Shown: positions 17,491 through 27,927 of the stretch, one piece after another
How the letters are laid out: each line of letters starts with the position of its first letter
How positions within the stretch are numbered: the stretch's first letter is position 1
Source of the DNA: a virus
Lineage: Duplodnaviria > Heunggongvirae > Uroviricota > Caudoviricetes
DNA length: 40,450 bases
Strand: one strand, 5' to 3'
IMG/VR virus record: IMGVR_UViG_647533158_000004
Program-made: the position numbers and the translations under genes
Notes under the pieces: model-generated
What the model saw: only the letters and a program-made list of their open reading frames with translations
Told to the model about the DNA's origin: nothing
The model's database searches: none

Positions 17491-17841
17491 ATGCCACCAC
17501 GAACCCCAAAAGCCTGCCGTGTTCGCGGCTGCCGCCATACCACAACTGACCCGTCAGGCTATTGCGAAAGCCACAAAAGTGAAGGCTGGAAGCAATACAA
17601 GCCGGGCCAGTCCAGACACCAGCGCGGTTATGGTTCGAAATGGGATGTTATCCGTGAACGTGTGCTCAAGCGTGACAAAGGACTGTGTCAGCTATGTCTG
17701 CGTGGTGGTGTGGTACGTGAGGCGAAAACCGTTGACCACATCATCCCTAAAGCGCATGGCGGCACTGATGCCGACAGCAATCTGCAGAGCCTGTGCTGGC
17801 CGTGTCATAAGGCGAAGACGGCCCGTGAACGGTTGAAGTAA
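17491..17841 (+). CDS. HNH endonuclease (terminase-associated)
   Basis: 116 aa; Cys-rich N-terminus and HNH motif (DHIIPKAHGGTD ... NLQSLCWPCH); precedes terminase small subunit as in HK97-like phages. Confidence 0.85.
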   Translation: MPPRTPKACRVRGCRHTTTDPSGYCESHKSEGWKQYKPGQSRHQRGYGSKWDVIRERVLKRDKGLCQLCLRGGVVREAKTVDHIIPKAHGGTDADSNLQSLCWPCHKAKTARERLK

Positions 17842-17966
17842 GAACCAGCTCCCACTGCCACAGGGGAGGGGCGGGTCAAATCCCTGTGACCTGACGTCTT
17901 CCGGACTGCCCGCCCCATCGTTTTTTTATACCCGCGAAAAATGAAATTTAACCAGGAGTGCCGCAT

Positions 17967-18461
17967 ATGGCTGGAACGGCGGGGCGTTCCGGGCGTCGCC
18001 CCAAGCCAACGGCGCGCAAGGCGCTGGCCGGAAACCCCGGCAAGCGAGCCCTGAATAAAGATGAACCTGTTTTTACGCCCATCAAAGGTGTTGAGCCACC
18101 GGAGTGGTTCGCTGAAGAAGATCTCCCTCTCGCTACGATCATGTGGCAACTGACAACTAAAGAACTCTGCGGTCAGGGCCTGCTGTGCGTGACTGACCTC
18201 GCGGTGCTTGAGCGGTGGTGCGTGGCCTACGAGTTCTGGCGACGTGCCGTGAAAAATATTGCCAGACAGGGCAACACCATCACCGGTGCAATGGGCGGTA
18301 TGGTCAAAAATCCGGAGCTGACCGCCAAAAAAGAACAGGAGTCCGAGATGAGCAGTACGGGGGCAATGCTCGGACTCGACCCCAGCAGCCGCCAGCGTCT
18401 GATTGGCCTGGCGGGGCAGAAGAAAGCCACTAACCCGTTTCTGAAAATCATCGAATCATGA
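17967..18461 (+). CDS. Terminase small subunit
   Basis: AGGAG then ATG at 17967; Arg-rich N-terminus; directly upstream of and overlapping the terminase large subunit. Confidence 0.8.
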   Translation: MAGTAGRSGRRPKPTARKALAGNPGKRALNKDEPVFTPIKGVEPPEWFAEEDLPLATIMWQLTTKELCGQGLLCVTDLAVLERWCVAYEFWRRAVKNIARQGNTITGAMGGMVKNPELTAKKEQESEMSSTGAMLGLDPSSRQRLIGLAGQKKATNPFLKIIES

Positions 18462-20191
18462 GCCGGAAATCTTACCCCAACGTAAATGCTGCCAATCAGT
18501 ATGCCCGTGATGTCGTGCGCGGAAATATTGTGGCCTGCCAGTTTGTGATTCAGGCCTGCCAGCGCCATCTTGATGACCTGATGGCGGAAAAAAGTAAGTC
18601 GTTTCGTTACCGCTTCGACAAGGACCTGGCTGAACGGGCCGCCAAATTTATTCAGCTGTTGCCACACACCAAGGGGGAGTGGGCATTCAAGAGGATGCCC
18701 ATCACGCTGGAGCCGTGGCAGCTCTTTGTGATCTGCTGTGCGTTTGGCTGGGTCAATAAAGGTACCCGGCTGCGCCGCTTCCGGGAGGTGTATACCGAAA
18801 TCCCCCGTAAGAACGGCAAATCGGCAATCTCTGCCGGTGTCGCCCTGTATTGTTTTGCCTGTGATAACGAGTTTGGCGCGGAAGTGTATTCCGGTGCCAC
18901 GACAGAGAAACAGGCGTGGGAAGTCTTTCGCCCGGCGCGACTGATGTGTAAACGCACACCCATGCTGACGGAAGCGTTCGGGATTGAGGTTAACGCCTCA
19001 AACATGAACCGTCCGGAGGATGGCGCGCGGTTTGAACCGCTGATCGGTAACCCCGGTGATGGTTCATCACCCCACTGTGCGGTGGTGGATGAATATCACG
19101 AGCACGCCACCGATGCGCTTTACACCACGATGCTTACCGGGATGGGGGCGCGACGTCAGCCACTGATGTGGGCCATTACTACTGCAGGGTACAACATTGA
19201 GGGGCCGTGCTACGACAAGCGACGGGAAGTTATCGAGATGCTCAACGGGTCGGTACCCAACGATGAACTGTTCGGGATCATCTATACCGTTGACGAAGGC
19301 GATGACTGGACCGACCCGCAGGTGCTGGAAAAAGCCAACCCGAATATTGGCGTGTCGGTTTATCGCGAATTTTTGTTAAGTCAGCAGCAGCGTGCGAAAA
19401 ATAACGCCCGTCTGGCAAACGTCTTTAAAACAAAACACCTCAATATCTGGGTGTCGGCGCGTTCGGCGTATTTCAACCTGGTGAGCTGGCAGAGCTGCGA
19501 GGATAAATCACTGACCCTTGAGCAGTTCGAGGGGCAGCCGTGCATTCTGGCCTTTGACCTGGCGCGTAAGCTGGATATGAACAGTATTGCGCGACTTTAT
19601 ACCCGCGAGATTGATGGTAAAACGCATTACTACAGTGTGGCTCCGCGCTTCTGGGTACCGTATGACACGGTGTACAGCGTCGAGAAAAATGAAGATCGCC
19701 GGACAGCCGAACGCTTTCAGAAATGGGTGGAAATGGGCGTTCTGACCGTTACCGCTGGTGCGGAGGTGGATTATCGCTACATCCTCGAGGAGGCCAAAGC
19801 GGCGAACAAAATCAGCCCGGTCAGCGAGTCACCCATCGACCCCTTCGGGGCGACCGGGCTCTCACATGACCTTGCTGATGAAGACCTGAACCCCATCACT
19901 ATCATTCAGAACTACACCAACATGTCCGACCCGATGAAAGAGCTGGAAGCGGCAATTGAATCGGGGCGCTTTCATCATGATGGCAATCCCATCATGACCT
20001 GGTGTATCGGCAACGTGGTCGGCAAAACCATTCCGGGTAACGATGATGTGGTGAAGCCCGTCAAAGAGCAGGCGGAAAACAAAATCGATGGTGCAGTTGC
20101 GCTGATTATGGCGGTTGGCAGAGCCATGCTGTACGAGAAAGAAGACACGTTGTCTGACCACATTGAGTCCTACGGGATCCGCTCGCTTTAA
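18458..20191 (+). CDS. Terminase large subunit
   Basis: 577 aa in the canonical position between terminase small subunit and portal; acidic nuclease-type motifs in the C-terminal half. Confidence 0.9.
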   Translation: MSRKSYPNVNAANQYARDVVRGNIVACQFVIQACQRHLDDLMAEKSKSFRYRFDKDLAERAAKFIQLLPHTKGEWAFKRMPITLEPWQLFVICCAFGWVNKGTRLRRFREVYTEIPRKNGKSAISAGVALYCFACDNEFGAEVYSGATTEKQAWEVFRPARLMCKRTPMLTEAFGIEVNASNMNRPEDGARFEPLIGNPGDGSSPHCAVVDEYHEHATDALYTTMLTGMGARRQPLMWAITTAGYNIEGPCYDKRREVIEMLNGSVPNDELFGIIYTVDEGDDWTDPQVLEKANPNIGVSVYREFLLSQQQRAKNNARLANVFKTKHLNIWVSARSAYFNLVSWQSCEDKSLTLEQFEGQPCILAFDLARKLDMNSIARLYTREIDGKTHYYSVAPRFWVPYDTVYSVEKNEDRRTAERFQKWVEMGVLTVTAGAEVDYRYILEEAKAANKISPVSESPIDPFGATGLSHDLADEDLNPITIIQNYTNMSDPMKELEAAIESGRFHHDGNPIMTWCIGNVVGKTIPGNDDVVKPVKEQAENKIDGAVALIMAVGRAMLYEKEDTLSDHIESYGIRSL

Positions 20192-20202
20192 CTGAGGTAA
20201 TT

Positions 20203-20385
20203 ATGAACATGCTGATTCTCGCGCCTCTGGTGGGCGTGCTGGGGGCGCTTTTGCTGGCGTATGGTGCCTGGCTGATTTATCCCCCGGCGGGGTTTGTTGT
20301 TGCCGGGGCGTTGTGCCTGTTCTGGTCGTGGCTGGTGGCGCGATATCTTGACCGTACACAGTCGTCTGTCGGCGGAGGTAAATAG
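20203..20385 (+). CDS. Small hydrophobic protein (60 aa)
   Basis: Two hydrophobic helices; stop overlaps the portal GTG start. Confidence 0.5.
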   Translation: MNMLILAPLVGVLGALLLAYGAWLIYPPAGFVVAGALCLFWSWLVARYLDRTQSSVGGGK

Positions 20386-21626
20386 TGTTCTTTTCGGGAT
20401 TATTTCAACGAAAAAGTGACGCACCGATGACCACGCCAGCAGAGCTGGCGGATGCTATCGGGTTGTCCTACGACACCTATACCGGAAAGCAGATCAGCAG
20501 CCAGCGGGCCATGCGACTGACGGCGGTTTTTTCCTGTGTCAGGGTGCTGGCGGAGTCGGTCGGGATGTTGCCCTGCAACCTGTATCACCTGAACGGCAGC
20601 CTGAAGCTGAGAGCCACTGGCGAACGTCTGCATAAGCTGATCTCCACGCATCCCAATGGCTATATGACGCCGCAGGAGTTCTGGGAGCTGGTGGTCACCT
20701 GTCTGTGCCTGCGGGGAAACTTTTACGCCTACAAAGTGAAAGCATTTGGCGAAGTGGCTGAACTGCTGCCCGTCGATCCCGGCTGTGTGGTACCGAAGCT
20801 TAACAGTAGCTGGGAGCCGATCTATCAGGTCACATTCCCGGATGGCTCCACGGATGTACTGAGCCAGGAGGATATCTGGCATGTGCGCACGCTGACGCTG
20901 GACGGACTGGTGGGGCTGAATCCCATCGCCTATGCCCGCGAGGCAATATCGCTGGCAGCTGCGACCGAAGAGCACGGGGCCAGACTGTTCAGCAATGGCG
21001 CGGTGACGTCGGGTGTGTTGCGTACAGAGCAGACGCTGTCAGATCAGGCTTATGAGCGCCTGAAGAAAGATTTTGAGGAGCGTCACACCGGGCTTGGTAA
21101 TGCTCACCGCCCGATGATCCTTGAGATGGGGCTGGACTGGAAGTCGATGGCGCTGAACGCCGAGGACAGCCAGTTCCTGGAAACCCGCAAGTTTCAGCTT
21201 GAAGAAATCTGTCGTCTGTTCCGGGTGCCGTTGCACATGGTGCAGAACACCGATCGCGCCACCTTCAACAATATTGAAGAGCTGGGGCTGGGATTTATCA
21301 ACTATTCACTGGTGCCGTATCTGACCCGCATCGAACAGCGGATCAACACCGGACTGGTACGAAAAAGTAAGCAGGGCGTTTATTACGCCAAATTTAACGC
21401 CGGGGCGTTACTGCGCGGGGATATGAAGTCCCGTTTTGAAGCCTACGCCACCGGGATCAACTGGGGAATTTACTCTCCCAATGACTGCCGCGACCTGGAA
21501 GATATGAATCCGCGTCCCGGTGGTGATGTCTATCTCACACCGATGAACATGACCACGAAACCCTCCGATGGCAGTAAGGCCGGTAAGCAGAAGGATAACG
21601 CCAATGCAGACGAAACAACGTCTTGA
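20385..21626 (+). CDS. Portal protein (HK97 family)
   Basis: GTG start preceded by GGAGG; 413 aa in the canonical position. Confidence 0.9.
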   Translation: MFFSGLFQRKSDAPMTTPAELADAIGLSYDTYTGKQISSQRAMRLTAVFSCVRVLAESVGMLPCNLYHLNGSLKLRATGERLHKLISTHPNGYMTPQEFWELVVTCLCLRGNFYAYKVKAFGEVAELLPVDPGCVVPKLNSSWEPIYQVTFPDGSTDVLSQEDIWHVRTLTLDGLVGLNPIAYAREAISLAAATEEHGARLFSNGAVTSGVLRTEQTLSDQAYERLKKDFEERHTGLGNAHRPMILEMGLDWKSMALNAEDSQFLETRKFQLEEICRLFRVPLHMVQNTDRATFNNIEELGLGFINYSLVPYLTRIEQRINTGLVRKSKQGVYYAKFNAGALLRGDMKSRFEAYATGINWGIYSPNDCRDLEDMNPRPGGDVYLTPMNMTTKPSDGSKAGKQKDNANADETTS

Positions 21627-22254
21627 TGTACCGCTGAGTCTGAAATCTGTCAGTGACTCCGGTGAGTTTGAAGGGTATGGCTCCGTCTTTGGTGTAAAGG
21701 ACAGCCACGATGATGTGGTGATGTCCGGGGCATTTGCTGCTTCCCTGCGGGCGTGGAGTGACAGAAAAGCGTTACCTGCGCTGCTCTGGCAGCACCGCAT
21801 GGATGAACCCATCGGTGTTTACACCGAAATGAAGGAAGACGATGTCGGGCTTTACGTCAGGGGACGGTTGCTTATTGATGATGATCCCCTCGCAAAACGC
21901 GCACATGCACACATGAAGGCCGGTTCGTTAACCGGCCTTTCTATTGGGTACGTCCTGAAAGACTGGGAATACGACCGGAGCAAAGAAGCCTTTCTGCTGA
22001 AAGAAATCGACCTCTGGGAAGTCAGCCTGGTGACGTTCCCGTCTAACGACGAGGCGCGGATCAGCGACGTCAAGAACGCACTGGCCCGCGGGGAAATCCC
22101 CGAACAGAAAAAAATCGAAAGAGTCCTGCGTGATGTCGGACTCTCCCGTACCCAGGCCAAAGCATTCATGGCCGGGGGCTATGGCGCACTGTCCCTGCGC
22201 GACGCTGAGGATGTGGGCTCTGCACTGAATGCACTGAAAAATCTGAACTTCTAA
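21604..22254 (+). CDS. Prohead protease (HK97 family)
   Basis: AAGGA then ATG at 21604; canonical position between portal and capsid. Confidence 0.8.
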   Translation: MQTKQRLDVPLSLKSVSDSGEFEGYGSVFGVKDSHDDVVMSGAFAASLRAWSDRKALPALLWQHRMDEPIGVYTEMKEDDVGLYVRGRLLIDDDPLAKRAHAHMKAGSLTGLSIGYVLKDWEYDRSKEAFLLKEIDLWEVSLVTFPSNDEARISDVKNALARGEIPEQKKIERVLRDVGLSRTQAKAFMAGGYGALSLRDAEDVGSALNALKNLNF

Positions 22255-22268
22255 TCAGGAGAAATACG

Positions 22269-23474
22269 ATGGCGGTTGATATTAAAGATGTCGAACAGGT
22301 CGCGCAGGAGCTGCAGCAGAAGTTTGACGACTTCAAAGCAAAGAACGACAAGCGCGTGGATGCGATTGAGCAGGAAAAAGGCAAGCTTGCCGGGCAGGTG
22401 GAAACCCTGAACGGGAAACTCAGCGAGCTGGAAAATCTCAAAAGCGACCTTGAAAAAGAGCTGCTTGAGCTGAAACGTCCGGCAGGTGGAGCGCAAAATA
22501 AACTGGCCACCGAGCATAAAGAGGCGTTTGTGGGCTTCCTGCGTAAAGGCCGTGAAGACGGTCTGCGCGATCTGGAGCGTAAGGCATTGCAGGTGGGTAC
22601 CGATGAAGACGGTGGCTACGCCGTGCCGGAAGAACTGGATCGCAACATTCTTAACCTGCTGAAAGATGAAGTGGTGATGCGTCAGGAAGCCACGGTGATC
22701 ACCGTTGGCGGTTCCGACTACAAAAAACTGGTGAATCTGGGCGGTACGGCTTCCGGATGGGTGGGGGAAACGGATACGCGATCCCAGACTGCCACCTCCA
22801 GACTGGAGCTGATTGAACCTCTCATGGGGGAAATCTACGGCAACCCGCAGGCTACCCAGAAAATGCTGGACGATGCCTTCTTCAACGTGGAGGCCTGGAT
22901 CAACAGCGAGCTGGCAACCGAATTTGCCGAACAGGAAGAAATTGCCTTTACCTCAGGCGATGGCACCAAGAAGCCGAAAGGGTTCCTGGCGTATGAATCC
23001 ACTGATGAAACCGACAAGGTCCGGGCGTTCGGCAAACTTCAGCATATTGTATCCGGCGAAGCGACCGCGGTGACCGCAGACGCCATTATCAAACTGATTT
23101 ACACGCTGCGTAAGGCACACCGCACTGGCGCGAAGTTCATGATGAACAACAACAGCCTGTTTGCCATCCGTCTGCTGAAAGACACCGAGGGTAACTATCT
23201 GTGGCGTCCGGGGCTGGAACTGGGGCAGCCGTCCTCTCTGGCGGGTTACGGTATCGCTGAAAACGAACAGATGCCGGATATCGCCGCTGATGCGAAAGCC
23301 ATTGCATTTGGTAACTTCAAACGGGGTTACACCATCGTTGACCGTATCGGCACCCGCATTCTGCGTGACCCGTACACCAATAAACCGTTTGTCGGTTTTT
23401 ATACCACCAAGCGCACCGGCGGGATGCTGGTCGATTCGCAGGCCATCAAACTGCTGAAGATTGCAGCGGCGTAA
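22269..23474 (+). CDS. Major capsid protein (HK97 fold)
   Basis: 401 aa; AGGAG RBS; coiled-coil N-terminal delta-like region then capsid domain. Confidence 0.9.
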   Translation: MAVDIKDVEQVAQELQQKFDDFKAKNDKRVDAIEQEKGKLAGQVETLNGKLSELENLKSDLEKELLELKRPAGGAQNKLATEHKEAFVGFLRKGREDGLRDLERKALQVGTDEDGGYAVPEELDRNILNLLKDEVVMRQEATVITVGGSDYKKLVNLGGTASGWVGETDTRSQTATSRLELIEPLMGEIYGNPQATQKMLDDAFFNVEAWINSELATEFAEQEEIAFTSGDGTKKPKGFLAYESTDETDKVRAFGKLQHIVSGEATAVTADAIIKLIYTLRKAHRTGAKFMMNNNSLFAIRLLKDTEGNYLWRPGLELGQPSSLAGYGIAENEQMPDIAADAKAIAFGNFKRGYTIVDRIGTRILRDPYTNKPFVGFYTTKRTGGMLVDSQAIKLLKIAAA

Positions 23475-23522
23475 TCACTCAGGGGCGCGGAACCGCGCCC
23501 CTGTTCTGACGAGTGAAGAATC

Positions 23523-23723
23523 ATGATCCTGAAACAAGATCTGAAATGGTCACCGGACGGTATGCGTGTTGAGGTCATTCAGGCCGGTGAGTATGACGAC
23601 GGGGCGCTTCCTGCCCGGGTGCAGGAGATTGCACTTCAGGCCGGGTTAGCAGAGCGCGGAATCAGTGCAAAAAGCAGTAAAGCGGCAAAAGAGAAAAAAG
23701 CCACGACCAGTAAAGAGGGCTGA
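23523..23723 (+). CDS. Small head-associated hypothetical protein
   Basis: 66-aa ORF between capsid and connector genes. Confidence 0.45.
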   Translation: MILKQDLKWSPDGMRVEVIQAGEYDDGALPARVQEIALQAGLAERGISAKSSKAAKEKKATTSKEG

Positions 23724-23725
23724 GT

Positions 23726-24049
23726 ATGCTTCTGACAATGGAAGAGATTAAAGCCCAACTCCGGCTGGATGAGGATTTCGATACTGATGACCGCCATCTG
23801 CAACTGCTGGCATGTGCGGCACAAAAGCGGACGGAAACGTATCTGAACCGGAAGCTCTATGCACCAGATGAAACCATTCCGGACAGCGATCCGGACGGGC
23901 TGCACCTGCCGGATGATATTCGTCTGGGGATGCTGATGCTTATCAGCCATTTTTACGAAAACCGCTCGTCGGTTACGGAAGTGGAGAAACTCGACATGCC
24001 GCAGAGTTTTGGCTGGCTTGTCAGCCCGTACAGGTACTTTCCGCAATGA
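23726..24049 (+). CDS. Head-tail connector (gp6-like)
   Basis: 107 aa in the canonical position after the capsid gene. Confidence 0.7.
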   Translation: MLLTMEEIKAQLRLDEDFDTDDRHLQLLACAAQKRTETYLNRKLYAPDETIPDSDPDGLHLPDDIRLGMLMLISHFYENRSSVTEVEKLDMPQSFGWLVSPYRYFPQ

Positions 24050-24456
24050 AAATTCGTCAGGCGCAGACCAGCGCAACCTACATTCTGCCGGACCCCGGTG
24101 AACTGAATAAACGCGTCCTGATCCGCCTGCGGGTGGATATGCCCGCGGATAACTTTGGCGTGGAGCCTCAATACCCGGTTACGTTCCGGACATGGGCGAA
24201 GGTTATCCAGACCAGTGCCACCACCTGGCAGGAAACCGCGCAGACCGGGGACGCCATCACCCATTACATCACCATTCGTTACCGCCGGGGGATCACCGCT
24301 GATTATGAGGTGGTCTGCGGTGACAGTGTGTACCGGGTGAAACGTCAGCGCGATCTGAACGGGGCGCGGCGCTTTCTGCTGCTGGAGTGTACGGAGCTGG
24401 GCGAATGTAGGCAGAGTCACGGAGGCAACAATGACGACTTCCTTTTTGCACGTTGA
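24046..24456 (+). CDS. Head closure / head-tail adaptor protein
   Basis: Translationally coupled to neighbours; position. Confidence 0.65.
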   Translation: MKIRQAQTSATYILPDPGELNKRVLIRLRVDMPADNFGVEPQYPVTFRTWAKVIQTSATTWQETAQTGDAITHYITIRYRRGITADYEVVCGDSVYRVKRQRDLNGARRFLLLECTELGECRQSHGGNNDDFLFAR

Positions 24457-24937
24457 TTTTCAGCAGCCCGCGGAGATGCGCTTTAACCGCGCCCGTGTCC
24501 GGCGGGCGTTTGTCACGATTGGTCAGCGTCATATGCGTGATGCCCGTCGGCTGGTGATGCGCCGTGCGCGGTCGGCACCGGGTGAAAACCCCGGTTATCA
24601 GACCGGACGCCTGGCTCGTTCGATTGGTTACATGGTACCCAGAGCCAGTAAACATCGCCCTGGTTTTATGGCACGTATAGCCCCTAACCAGCGTAATGGA
24701 GAGGGAAACCGCCGTATCACCGGTGATTTTTATCCGGCTTTTTTGTTCTATGGCGTGAGGCGAGGGGCAAAGCGTCGTCGCAGCCATCATCGTGGTGCAT
24801 CCGGTGGCAGCGGCTGGCGACTGGCTCCACGTAATAACTTCATGGTGGAAACGCTTGAAAAGAACCGCAGTTGGACACGCTATTTTCTGGCGCGGGAATT
24901 GCGTAAATCACTGAAGCCGGAGCGACGACACAGATGA
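24431..24937 (+). CDS. Virion morphogenesis / tail completion protein
   Basis: Basic 168-aa protein in the head-tail joining block. Confidence 0.55.
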   Translation: MTTSFLHVDFQQPAEMRFNRARVRRAFVTIGQRHMRDARRLVMRRARSAPGENPGYQTGRLARSIGYMVPRASKHRPGFMARIAPNQRNGEGNRRITGDFYPAFLFYGVRRGAKRRRSHHRGASGGSGWRLAPRNNFMVETLEKNRSWTRYFLARELRKSLKPERRHR

Positions 24938-25494
24938 AACTGACGCCTGTTATTGCTGCACTGCGTGCCCGCTGTCCGTATTTTGAAAACCGGGTGGCAG
25001 GCGCGGCCCAGTTCAAAAATCTGCCGGAGGTCGGAAAGCTGAGACTCCCGGCGGCGTATGTGGTACCGGGTGATGACTCTCCGGGAGAAAACAAAAGCCA
25101 GACCGACTACTGGCAGGAGCTGAAAGAGGGCTTCTCCGTGGTTGTCATACTGAGTAACGGGCGTGATGAGCGCGGTCAGTTTGCCTCGTATGATGTGGTG
25201 GACGATGTCCGGCAGATGCTCTTTAAGGCTCTGCTGGGCTGGAACCCGGAGGCGTGCGGTAACCCGATTACCTATGACGGCGGCACGCTGCTGGATCTGA
25301 ATCGTCATGAGCTGATTTATCAGTTCGATTTTTCGGTCATCAGCGAGCTGACTGAAGACGATACCCGCCAGCAGGATGATCTGAACAGTCTGGATGAACT
25401 GCAAACGCTGGCGATTGATGTTGATTATCTCGAGCCCGGTAACGGGCCTGACGGCGATATCGAACATCACACCGAAATAACCCTTCCTTCCTGA
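24934..25494 (+). CDS. Tail completion / sheath-terminator-like protein
   Basis: 186 aa, coupled to upstream gene, precedes sheath gene. Confidence 0.6.
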   Translation: MKLTPVIAALRARCPYFENRVAGAAQFKNLPEVGKLRLPAAYVVPGDDSPGENKSQTDYWQELKEGFSVVVILSNGRDERGQFASYDVVDDVRQMLFKALLGWNPEACGNPITYDGGTLLDLNRHELIYQFDFSVISELTEDDTRQQDDLNSLDELQTLAIDVDYLEPGNGPDGDIEHHTEITLPS

Positions 25495-25502
25495 GGATCC
25501 TC

Positions 25503-25673
25503 ATGTTTGTCAAACCTGTTAAAGGGCGGTCAGTTCCTGATCCTGCCCGCGGCGACCTTTTGCCCGCCGAAGGGCGAAATGTTGACGAGAACAACTACTG
25601 GCTGCGCCGTGAAGCAGCGGGTGATATCCGGCGCGTGAATAAAAAGGTGAATACCGATGACGATAAGCTTTAA
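25503..25673 (+). CDS. Small conserved phage protein (56 aa)
   Basis: MFVKPVKGRSVPDPARGDLLPAEGRNVDENNYWLRR; overlaps the sheath start; below the ORF-track cutoff. Confidence 0.45.
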   Translation: MFVKPVKGRSVPDPARGDLLPAEGRNVDENNYWLRREAAGDIRRVNKKVNTDDDKL

Positions 25674-27153
25674 CACCATTCCGTCGAATACGCTGGTTCC
25701 GTTGTTTTATGCGGAAATGGATAACCAGGCGGCGAATACTGCACAGGACAGCGGAGCATCGCTGCTGATTGGTCATGCCAATAACGGTGCAGAGATTGTT
25801 GCCAACAGTCTGGTACTGATGCCGTCGGCAGACTATGCACGCCAGATTTGTGGTGCGGGAAGTCAGCTGGCGCGTATGGTCGAGGCTTATCGCCAGACTG
25901 ACCCGTTTGGCGAGCTGTATGTGATTGCCGTTCCTGAATCCACAGGCGCGGCGGCAACGGTTACGCTGACGGTGACCGGGGCGGCAACCGAAACCGGCAC
26001 GGTGAATGTGTATGTGGGACGTACCCGCGTGCAGGCACCGGTGACTAACGGCGATAACGTCACGATGATTGCCAGCAGTATCCAGGATGCCATCAATGCC
26101 GTTCCGACCCTGCCGTTTACGGCTTCATCTTCGGCAGGCGTGGTCACACTGACCGCGCGTCATAAGGGGCTTTGCGGGAATGAAATTCCTGTCAGCCTCA
26201 ATTACTACGGCTTTGGTGGGGGCGAAGTGCTGCCAGCGGGCGTACAGATTGCCGTGGCGACGGGTACCGCCGGAACGGGTGCTCCGGTTCTCACCGGCGC
26301 GGTGGCTGCAATGGCGGATGAGCCGTTTGATTATATCGGCCTGCCGTTCAACGACACGGCCTCCGTTAACACGCTGGTGACCGAGATGAACGATACCAGC
26401 GGTCGCTGGAGCTATGCGCGTCAGCTGTATGGTCATGTGTATACGGCAAAGATCGGCACGCTGTCAGAACTGGTGACCGCAGGTGACCAGTTTAACCAGC
26501 AGCACATTACCCTGGCGGGGTACGAAAAAGACACCCAGACGCCTGCCGACGAGCTGGCGGCAAGCCGTACCGCCCGCGCAGCGGTGTTTATCCGCAACGA
26601 TCCGGCACGTCCCACGCAGACCGGTGAGCTGGTGGGTATGCAGCCTGCGCCGAAGGGGAAACGGTTCACGATGACCGAACAACAGACCTTGCTGTCTCAT
26701 GGCGTGGCAACGGCGTATGTCGAAAGCGGGGTACTGCGCATTCAGCGTGATGTCACCACGTACAGGAAAAACGCTTACGGGGTTGCGGATAACAGCTACC
26801 TCGACAGCGAGACGCTGCATACCAGTGCGTATGTACTGCGCAAACTGAAATCCGTCATTACCAGTAAGTACGGGCGTCACAAGCTTGCCAGCGACGGTAC
26901 CCGCTTTGGTCCCGGTCAGGCGATTGTCACCCCGGCGGTGATCAAAGGGGAACTGCTGGCAACCTACCGTCAGCTTGAGCGTGCGGGGATCGTGGAAAAC
27001 TACGAACTTTTTAAGCAGTACCTGGTTGTGGAGCGTGATGCCAGCGATCCGAACCGCCTGAACACGCTGTTCCCGCCTGACTATGTTAACCAGTTGCGTG
27101 TCTTTGCCGTGGTTAACCAGTTCCGTCTTCAGTATTCAGAGGAGTCCGCATAA
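25657..27153 (+). CDS. Contractile tail sheath protein (Mu gpL-like)
   Basis: 498 aa immediately followed by the tube gene. Confidence 0.85.
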   Translation: MTISFNTIPSNTLVPLFYAEMDNQAANTAQDSGASLLIGHANNGAEIVANSLVLMPSADYARQICGAGSQLARMVEAYRQTDPFGELYVIAVPESTGAAATVTLTVTGAATETGTVNVYVGRTRVQAPVTNGDNVTMIASSIQDAINAVPTLPFTASSSAGVVTLTARHKGLCGNEIPVSLNYYGFGGGEVLPAGVQIAVATGTAGTGAPVLTGAVAAMADEPFDYIGLPFNDTASVNTLVTEMNDTSGRWSYARQLYGHVYTAKIGTLSELVTAGDQFNQQHITLAGYEKDTQTPADELAASRTARAAVFIRNDPARPTQTGELVGMQPAPKGKRFTMTEQQTLLSHGVATAYVESGVLRIQRDVTTYRKNAYGVADNSYLDSETLHTSAYVLRKLKSVITSKYGRHKLASDGTRFGPGQAIVTPAVIKGELLATYRQLERAGIVENYELFKQYLVVERDASDPNRLNTLFPPDYVNQLRVFAVVNQFRLQYSEESA

Positions 27154-27509
27154 TGGCCCGTATCGGGGGAACCTGTTATTTCAAAATTGACGGTCAGCAG
27201 CTATCGCTGACCGGCGGCATTGAGGTGCCCATGAACAGGACGGTCAATGATGACATCATCGGCCTGGACGGTTCAGTGGACCGCAAGGAAACTCACCGTG
27301 CGCCTTATGTTAAAGGGACCTTCAAGGTGCCGAAGAATTTTCCGGTGAGCAAAATCACCTCGTCTGATGAGATGACCATCACTGCCGAGCTGGCGAACGG
27401 TCAGGTCTATGTACTGTCGTCTGCCTGGCTGCACGGCGAAGCGAACCATAATGCCGAAGAAGGGACGGTTGATCTTGAGTTCCACGGTGAAGAAGGGGAT
27501 TACCAGTAA
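27153..27509 (+). CDS. Tail tube protein (Mu gpM-like)
   Basis: 118 aa, coupled to the sheath gene. Confidence 0.8.
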   Translation: MARIGGTCYFKIDGQQLSLTGGIEVPMNRTVNDDIIGLDGSVDRKETHRAPYVKGTFKVPKNFPVSKITSSDEMTITAELANGQVYVLSSAWLHGEANHNAEEGTVDLEFHGEEGDYQ

Positions 27510-27778
27510 TGAAAGAGCTTGAGTTAAAGAAACCGATTACCGCTCATGGCGAGACACTCTCCGTACTGGAGTTTGATGAGCCCACCGGGAAAGATGTCCG
27601 CGAGCTGGGGTATCCCTACCAGATGAATCAGGATGAGTCCGTCAGACTTCTGGCGCATGTGGTATCGAAATACATTGTGCGGCTGGCGAAAGTGCCGCAA
27701 AACTCTGTCGACCAGATGTCTCCGGCAGACCTGAATGCAGCGGCGTGGCTTGTGGCTGGTTTTTTCCTCCAAGCCTGA
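27509..27778 (+). CDS. Tail assembly chaperone (short form)
   Basis: 89 aa upstream of tape measure; contains slippery heptamer near its 3' end. Confidence 0.75.
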   Translation: MKELELKKPITAHGETLSVLEFDEPTGKDVRELGYPYQMNQDESVRLLAHVVSKYIVRLAKVPQNSVDQMSPADLNAAAWLVAGFFLQA

Positions 27779-27927
27779 CGGCTGAATACCTCACTGATCG
27801 CTTCTTTGACTGCGCCAGCTACTGGCGCATTAATCCCTTCGAATTGCTGAATATGCCGATCAGTGAAATTCCCTTGCTGGTCAGTCAGGCAAACAGGATA
27901 GAGCAGGAGAAACGCACACATGGCTGA
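27766..27927 (+). CDS. -1 frame extension of the tail assembly chaperone (frameshift product C-terminus)
   Basis: -1 frame ORF continues from slippery T_TTT_TTC (27760-27766) to a stop at 27925-27927 overlapping the tape measure start. Confidence 0.6.
   Translation, partial: PPSLTAEYLTDRFFDCASYWRINPFELLNMPISEIPLLVSQANRIEQEKRTHG

Noticed and set aside
18227-18667. Antisense ORFs inside terminase, portal and tail genes (for example 18227..18667, 20400..20975, 24293..24790, 24880..25470, 30496..30966)
   Set aside because: They lie opposite genes of clear structural identity in GC-rich DNA where long spurious antisense frames are expected; no RBS or protein-like composition.
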